Shown: positions 30,801-33,441 of the stretch, piece after piece
Layout: the number at the start of each line of letters is the position of its first letter
How positions within the stretch are numbered: position 1 is the first letter of the stretch
Origin: a bacterium
Lineage (GTDB): Bacteria; SZUA-182; JBHHXV01
DNA: 33,441 nt
Reading direction: 5' to 3'
Assembly: GCA_046757225.1 (NCBI GenBank)
Contig: JBHHXV010000002.1
Span: 1-33,441 of the forward strand
The notes under the pieces: generated by a model
Seen by the model: the letters and a program-made list of their open reading frames with translations, nothing else
What the model was told of the DNA's origin: nothing
The model's database searches: none
Translations under genes and position numbers: made by a program

Positions 30801-33441
30801 TCCTGTTCAGTTCCGCCAGCTCGCTTATTTGGCCCTGGGTCATATCAGCCCCGAATCGGTCATTAAAGCCTCGGACCGTATCATTTATACCGGTATCCAA
30901 TTGCAATGTTTGCTTTCTGAAGGTGTGGGAAACCTTACTGGGATTGATTTTGTCCATTAGCTTCTGGTTTGTCTTAGCCTGAGCCAGCAGGCCCCTGATT
31001 TTAGGGTCACCAGGGTTCCGGTCCAAACTCCGGCTCAGGTTATCCATCATCGCCCGGTTCAGGGTCTTCATTCTCTTTACCATCGCCTGTCTCAGCCCGG
31101 CGTTCTTTTCGTTCGCAAGCTGCCCGCTTAATTGGGAAAGTTCGCTCAACTGACTGCCAACGGACTGGGACCCGGCCGGGGATTCGTTATTATCCTTAAA
31201 CCGGCTTCCCAGGCGGTTGCTTAACTGCTGAAGCGAGTCGGCCAGGACTTTTTGCCTGTCCGGGTCTTTCTCCTTCATCAATCTTTGGGAAAGATCCTTT
31301 ATCCGTTTCAGGTCCCCGGCAGCCGGGTTCGATTGGCTGGAGTCCGTTCTGGTAAGTGTTTTCTGGCTTAATTGTTGCAGCTTGGACGCTTGAGAGGGAT
31401 CTTTACCGGACATCTTCCGTGATAACTGATCCAGTTTTAAACCGATTGAGTCCATATCCTTGATTGAACCGGCCTGGACCTGCTCGGCCAGTTTGGCCAG
31501 TTCCAATGTCTGTCGCACAGCCTTTCTCTCTTCCGATTTTCTCGCCAGATCCTGCTGAATCTTTTTCTGTGACTGGGTAAGTTGCTGGGCGAGCTGCTTG
31601 ATCCGCCGCGGATCAGTGGTTTTCTGCAGCTTCTGCAGCAACCCTTGAGCCGTTTTTTGTTTTTTTAATAAGGCCGGGTCGATTGAGGGTGAAGCTACGT
31701 TACTGTTGTTTAAGCTCTGCTGAAGTTGATTCATCCGGTTCAATCCCGCAGCGGTGGCCGCCAGCTGGTCCCGCATTTTCAAAACATTTTGCTTGTCCAT
31801 CTTTGAGGAGCGTATTTTCCGGTTTATCCTGGTCAGTTTCCGGTACTTTTCCTTCCTCTGACGGCTGACGGTTTCATCCAGTTTGTCCAGATCCACCTCG
31901 TCTTTTTCCCTGTTTGCCGCCTGTTTCCGCAGATTGAAGGCGGTTCGCTTAACCTCAGTGGCTATCTCACTCAGTTCCCTGGCCAGTTGAGCGTTCTCCG
32001 GGTTCTGAGCGGAGATCTTTTTAAGGTTGCTTGTCAGAGCCTGAGCGGTCTGACCGATCTGGTTCAAACTGTTCGCGTCTTGAGGCCGCTTGAGCATATC
32101 GCTGAGTTCTTTCAACCGGGAGGCGCTCTTTTTCAGCTGGGATATTTGTCGGTCGGGGATTTGCCGGTTGTTTCGGGAGGGAGGCTGATTGCCGTGAATA
32201 CCGGTTGCCGCCCCGGGCATCCCCGTCTGGCCCAAAAAGCTGTTGGGATCTATTCCGGCCGGGATTTGATCAAACGACATTCCCTGAGACATAAAGTCGC
32301 TCGGATTTATTCCAGTGGGAATTTGATTTATCTGGCCATCGATTTGCGGTATGGAACTCGGGGTAAGAGGAACCGCCCCCCCCTTAGCCAGCATGTACTT
32401 GCTGCCGAACTGCATGTTGCGCTCCCTGAGGCTGACGTCCGCCTCGCCGGCCAGCTTGTCCAAGTCCATATTGGCCAGATCATCGGAAGCCATCATCATT
32501 TTGGACATTACTTTTTTCAGTTTGTCCGGGCTATCTTGATTTTTCTTTACCTGCTGATTGAGGTCCTTCAACTGGTTTCCCAATGACTCGATCTTTTCCG
32601 CCTCTTTCTTGCTCAACCTTTTACCGCCGGTTCTCGGTTGTAAACCGAATTGATTGAGCGCCAGTTTGTTCAATCTGGCGCTCGTGTCAATCAACTGCTG
32701 ATTGAGGCCTTTTATTTTAAAAGGATTTTCTTCCTTTTTGATCGCCGCTTCCAGGGCCTGGATGCTCCGGTTCAACTCCTTCAGGTTATCCAGGCCGCCG
32801 CTGGGAACGCCTTTTCTCATTCCCGCCCACTCCGTAAGCAGTTGATCGCTCTCCCGGGCCAGCCTGGAAGCCATTCCCTTGACGTTTTGAGGCGCCCGGT
32901 TCTTTTTCAGGTGCTCGCTTATCTTCTGAATCCGGTCCAATCTGTCCTTAAAATCAGCGGGAAGCGCCTGTCCCTGAGCTTGAGAGGGATCAAGCCCGTC
33001 ACTCAACCGGCTGATACTGTCCGAGTACGCTCTGATTTGCTTGGTTAAATTCCGGTTTCCGACGCTGTCGATCTTTTCCAGTTGATTGGCCATCTCTTCC
33101 AGCCGTTTGTTGTCGCCCTTCAACGCTTCTCTGGTAATTACGCTTTGTCCCGGCGGCGGGGAAGCATTGTGATTCATGATCCCTCCGGCGATACCGGCCA
33201 CGTTCTGGGCTATCTGAGACATTTCCCGGGAAAATTTCTTCCGGGTTTCCGGAGAAACGTTTTTAGACATCTGCTGGGCAAGCGAGAGCCGGGTTTGGGT
33301 ATCTACATTATCAGCCATGCTGTCCGAAAGATCGGCTTTATGTTCGGGAGAAATGTTTTTGGCCATTATATTGTAAGACTGTTCCCGGGTCTGTTGGTCA
33401 ACCTGACCTTGCATTTTCCCGGAAACCTTTGTTCTCATCTT
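27826..33441 (-). CDS. giant low-complexity repeat protein of unknown function (at least 1870 aa, N-terminus beyond the window edge)
   Basis: One uninterrupted minus-strand frame runs from the window edge (33439-33441 continues the frame as AAG) to TAA at 27828-27826. Internal amino-acid repeats are conserved while the DNA has diverged, which argues for a real coding sequence. Confidence 0.8.
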   Translation of the reverse strand, partial: KMRTKVSGKMQGQVDQQTREQSYNIMAKNISPEHKADLSDSMADNVDTQTRLSLAQQMSKNVSPETRKKFSREMSQIAQNVAGIAGGIMNHNASPPPGQSVITREALKGDNKRLEEMANQLEKIDSVGNRNLTKQIRAYSDSISRLSDGLDPSQAQGQALPADFKDRLDRIQKISEHLKKNRAPQNVKGMASRLARESDQLLTEWAGMRKGVPSGGLDNLKELNRSIQALEAAIKKEENPFKIKGLNQQLIDTSARLNKLALNQFGLQPRTGGKRLSKKEAEKIESLGNQLKDLNQQVKKNQDSPDKLKKVMSKMMMASDDLANMDLDKLAGEADVSLRERNMQFGSKYMLAKGGAVPLTPSSIPQIDGQINQIPTGINPSDFMSQGMSFDQIPAGIDPNSFLGQTGMPGAATGIHGNQPPSRNNRQIPDRQISQLKKSASRLKELSDMLKRPQDANSLNQIGQTAQALTSNLKKISAQNPENAQLARELSEIATEVKRTAFNLRKQAANREKDEVDLDKLDETVSRQRKEKYRKLTRINRKIRSSKMDKQNVLKMRDQLAATAAGLNRMNQLQQSLNNSNVASPSIDPALLKKQKTAQGLLQKLQKTTDPRRIKQLAQQLTQSQKKIQQDLARKSEERKAVRQTLELAKLAEQVQAGSIKDMDSIGLKLDQLSRKMSGKDPSQASKLQQLSQKTLTRTDSSQSNPAAGDLKRIKDLSQRLMKEKDPDRQKVLADSLQQLSNRLGSRFKDNNESPAGSQSVGSQLSELSQLSGQLANEKNAGLRQAMVKRMKTLNRAMMDNLSRSLDRNPGDPKIRGLLAQAKTNQKLMDKINPSKVSHTFRKQTLQLDTGINDTVRGFNDRFGADMTQGQISELAELNRNLLSEKNAGRRKSVIKRIKTLNRSMINKLSERLRNNPGDGQSQKLLEQVKTNQNLMKSIDPNKVSQDFRKRILQLNNGLQNLARDDSLKAFDATPTQLRELSKLNQDLLNEKNAARRKAMMARMKSLNKSVIDTLARRLSRTPNDLKSKALLEQAKNSRKLMDKINPGKLSGDFRKQVLKLDTGINNLDRRLNPQTAGSLPLAQISELTRLSNGLLKDKNSRRRKVIMNRMKSLNQAMLDKLNRRLKKNPDDRQTGKLLQQAKANKNLMNKINPNAVSHDFKKQALRLKTGIHSLASKTVPSGGSMSDDKIRKLSQLNVDLMSVKNSNQLKATVDKMNKLNDSMIKKFSRHLRNNPGDDLGKRLLSRVRKNKKLLSKIDPSKLSGDFRKQMLKLDKNIQNMAPINKPGKSETNVNKQLVKLSRLSIGIKKAQNSGQVVNMMNKMKDVNDSLVQNLAERLKKNPKDQTANKLISQARQNKDFLKRIDPEKISPDVRKHIAQFNGGIQEFIRMGKVKPANLLNSLSMNEISRMVTSANELDNISYILSQPNAIGELAQNFDKIDTQMKGIENKLGGSSPERRTIGKKRSELKKLLKEKDQNKRREKLREITSDLSKVSHKLNKLTKNLKNSASKQTLGDMRIKQMKSNWRKYMEMSDKLSQQLDDRMIKQISRQMNKLSSKDLDMIQDKMQTGKLPISNSKGSFFDQLKNSMETMPLFSRFFQKRTNQQGFSDSMNPEDILKQGAINQIDQMVKQLQKSRQNSRNNSDDDNGSNQEGDDETKTNNAKPSPSATKRQAFYNAKVAQQVSMTPQNDMINNTSPMQENLASGDVFSQIMNRLKKQRKRIAKLGTENKTLSTRKLPLSKDRSVRRQTSHQQPEIKNADFYMNQGGAPSEILQHTFANTKIKQKNTPNLSFMEDADKKLFLNVPIKVKDKSKLKEMESENMKRYKVKGVIALGKQEEDGSVFQQEIPAEYRKLIKRIYSPSYSTAVTN
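29230..31149 (-). repeat. six tandem in-frame repeats of 106-107 codons inside the giant ORF
   Basis: Units start at 31149, 30828, 30510, 30189, 29871 and 29550 (aa 764, 871, 977, 1084, 1190, 1297). Approximate unit consensus: [IL].EL..L...LL.EKNA.RRK....RMK.LN..M...L..RL..NP.D.....LL.QAK.N..LM.KI.P.K.S.DFRKQ.L.L.TGI..L. Confidence 0.85.

Noticed and set aside
27904-33048. About 15 plus-strand ORFs of 60-199 aa from the track (for example 31987-32586, 29411-29818, 32650-33048), opposite the giant gene
   Set aside because: They are antisense shadows of a long, compositionally biased minus-strand CDS. Their products are low-complexity L/S/F-rich strings with no motifs, and they tile the region in mixed frames.
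1-33441. Search by eye for tRNA, rRNA, CRISPR arrays, transposases, integrases or phage genes
   Set aside because: I found none. The intergenic regions are short, and the longer ones are explained by the repeat element copies and promoter-like sequences.

Overview
This is a compact chromosomal window of about 50% GC, with many ATGA or short start/stop overlaps. It is probably from an uncultivated bacterium, but I cannot assign the taxon from sequence alone. Most of the content is housekeeping. Plus strand, left: a 5'-truncated nagZ, then ccmA-ccmB-ccmC, a hicB/hicA toxin-antitoxin cassette, and an unlisted 50-aa ccmD. Minus strand: usp, trkH, a GT2 polyprenol-P mannosyltransferase, a nitroreductase and a 777-aa SpeE-like polytopic membrane protein. 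Minus strand: rplM-rpsI, a two-subunit class I fumarate hydratase and an orphan MlaF-like ATPase. Plus strand: a secreted ankyrin protein, then HIT, pepA, DUF192, a GmhA-like SIS protein, a deoxyhypusine-synthase-like protein and a lone EutN/CcmL-like protein. Then a fused M16 peptidase (minus), followed on the plus strand by a secreted MBL hydrolase, a polyprenyl diphosphate synthase, an AmmeMemoRadiSam-type radical SAM enzyme, ApbE and an FAD oxidoreductase. The right end (minus) holds thiL, htrA and a giant ORF. I found no tRNA, rRNA, CRISPR array, transposase or integrase. Six things deserve a second look. (1) A cysteine-free, K/Q/N/L-rich ORF of more than 1870 aa runs off the right edge and contains six tandem 106-107-aa repeats of no family I recognise. 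(2) A ~105-nt intergenic element occurs in four copies, always in the sense orientation 5' of a gene, with conserved hairpin potential. (3) An exact 18-nt motif is shared, inverted, by the 5' regions of the usp and HIT operons. (4) The hicBA cassette sits precisely between ccmC and ccmD. (5) An orphan BMC-vertex (EutN/CcmL) gene is coupled to SIS and DHS-like genes. (6) A radical SAM, ApbE and FAD-oxidoreductase operon lacks the usual AMMECR1/Memo partners. All functional calls come from motif recognition by eye and no database search was run.
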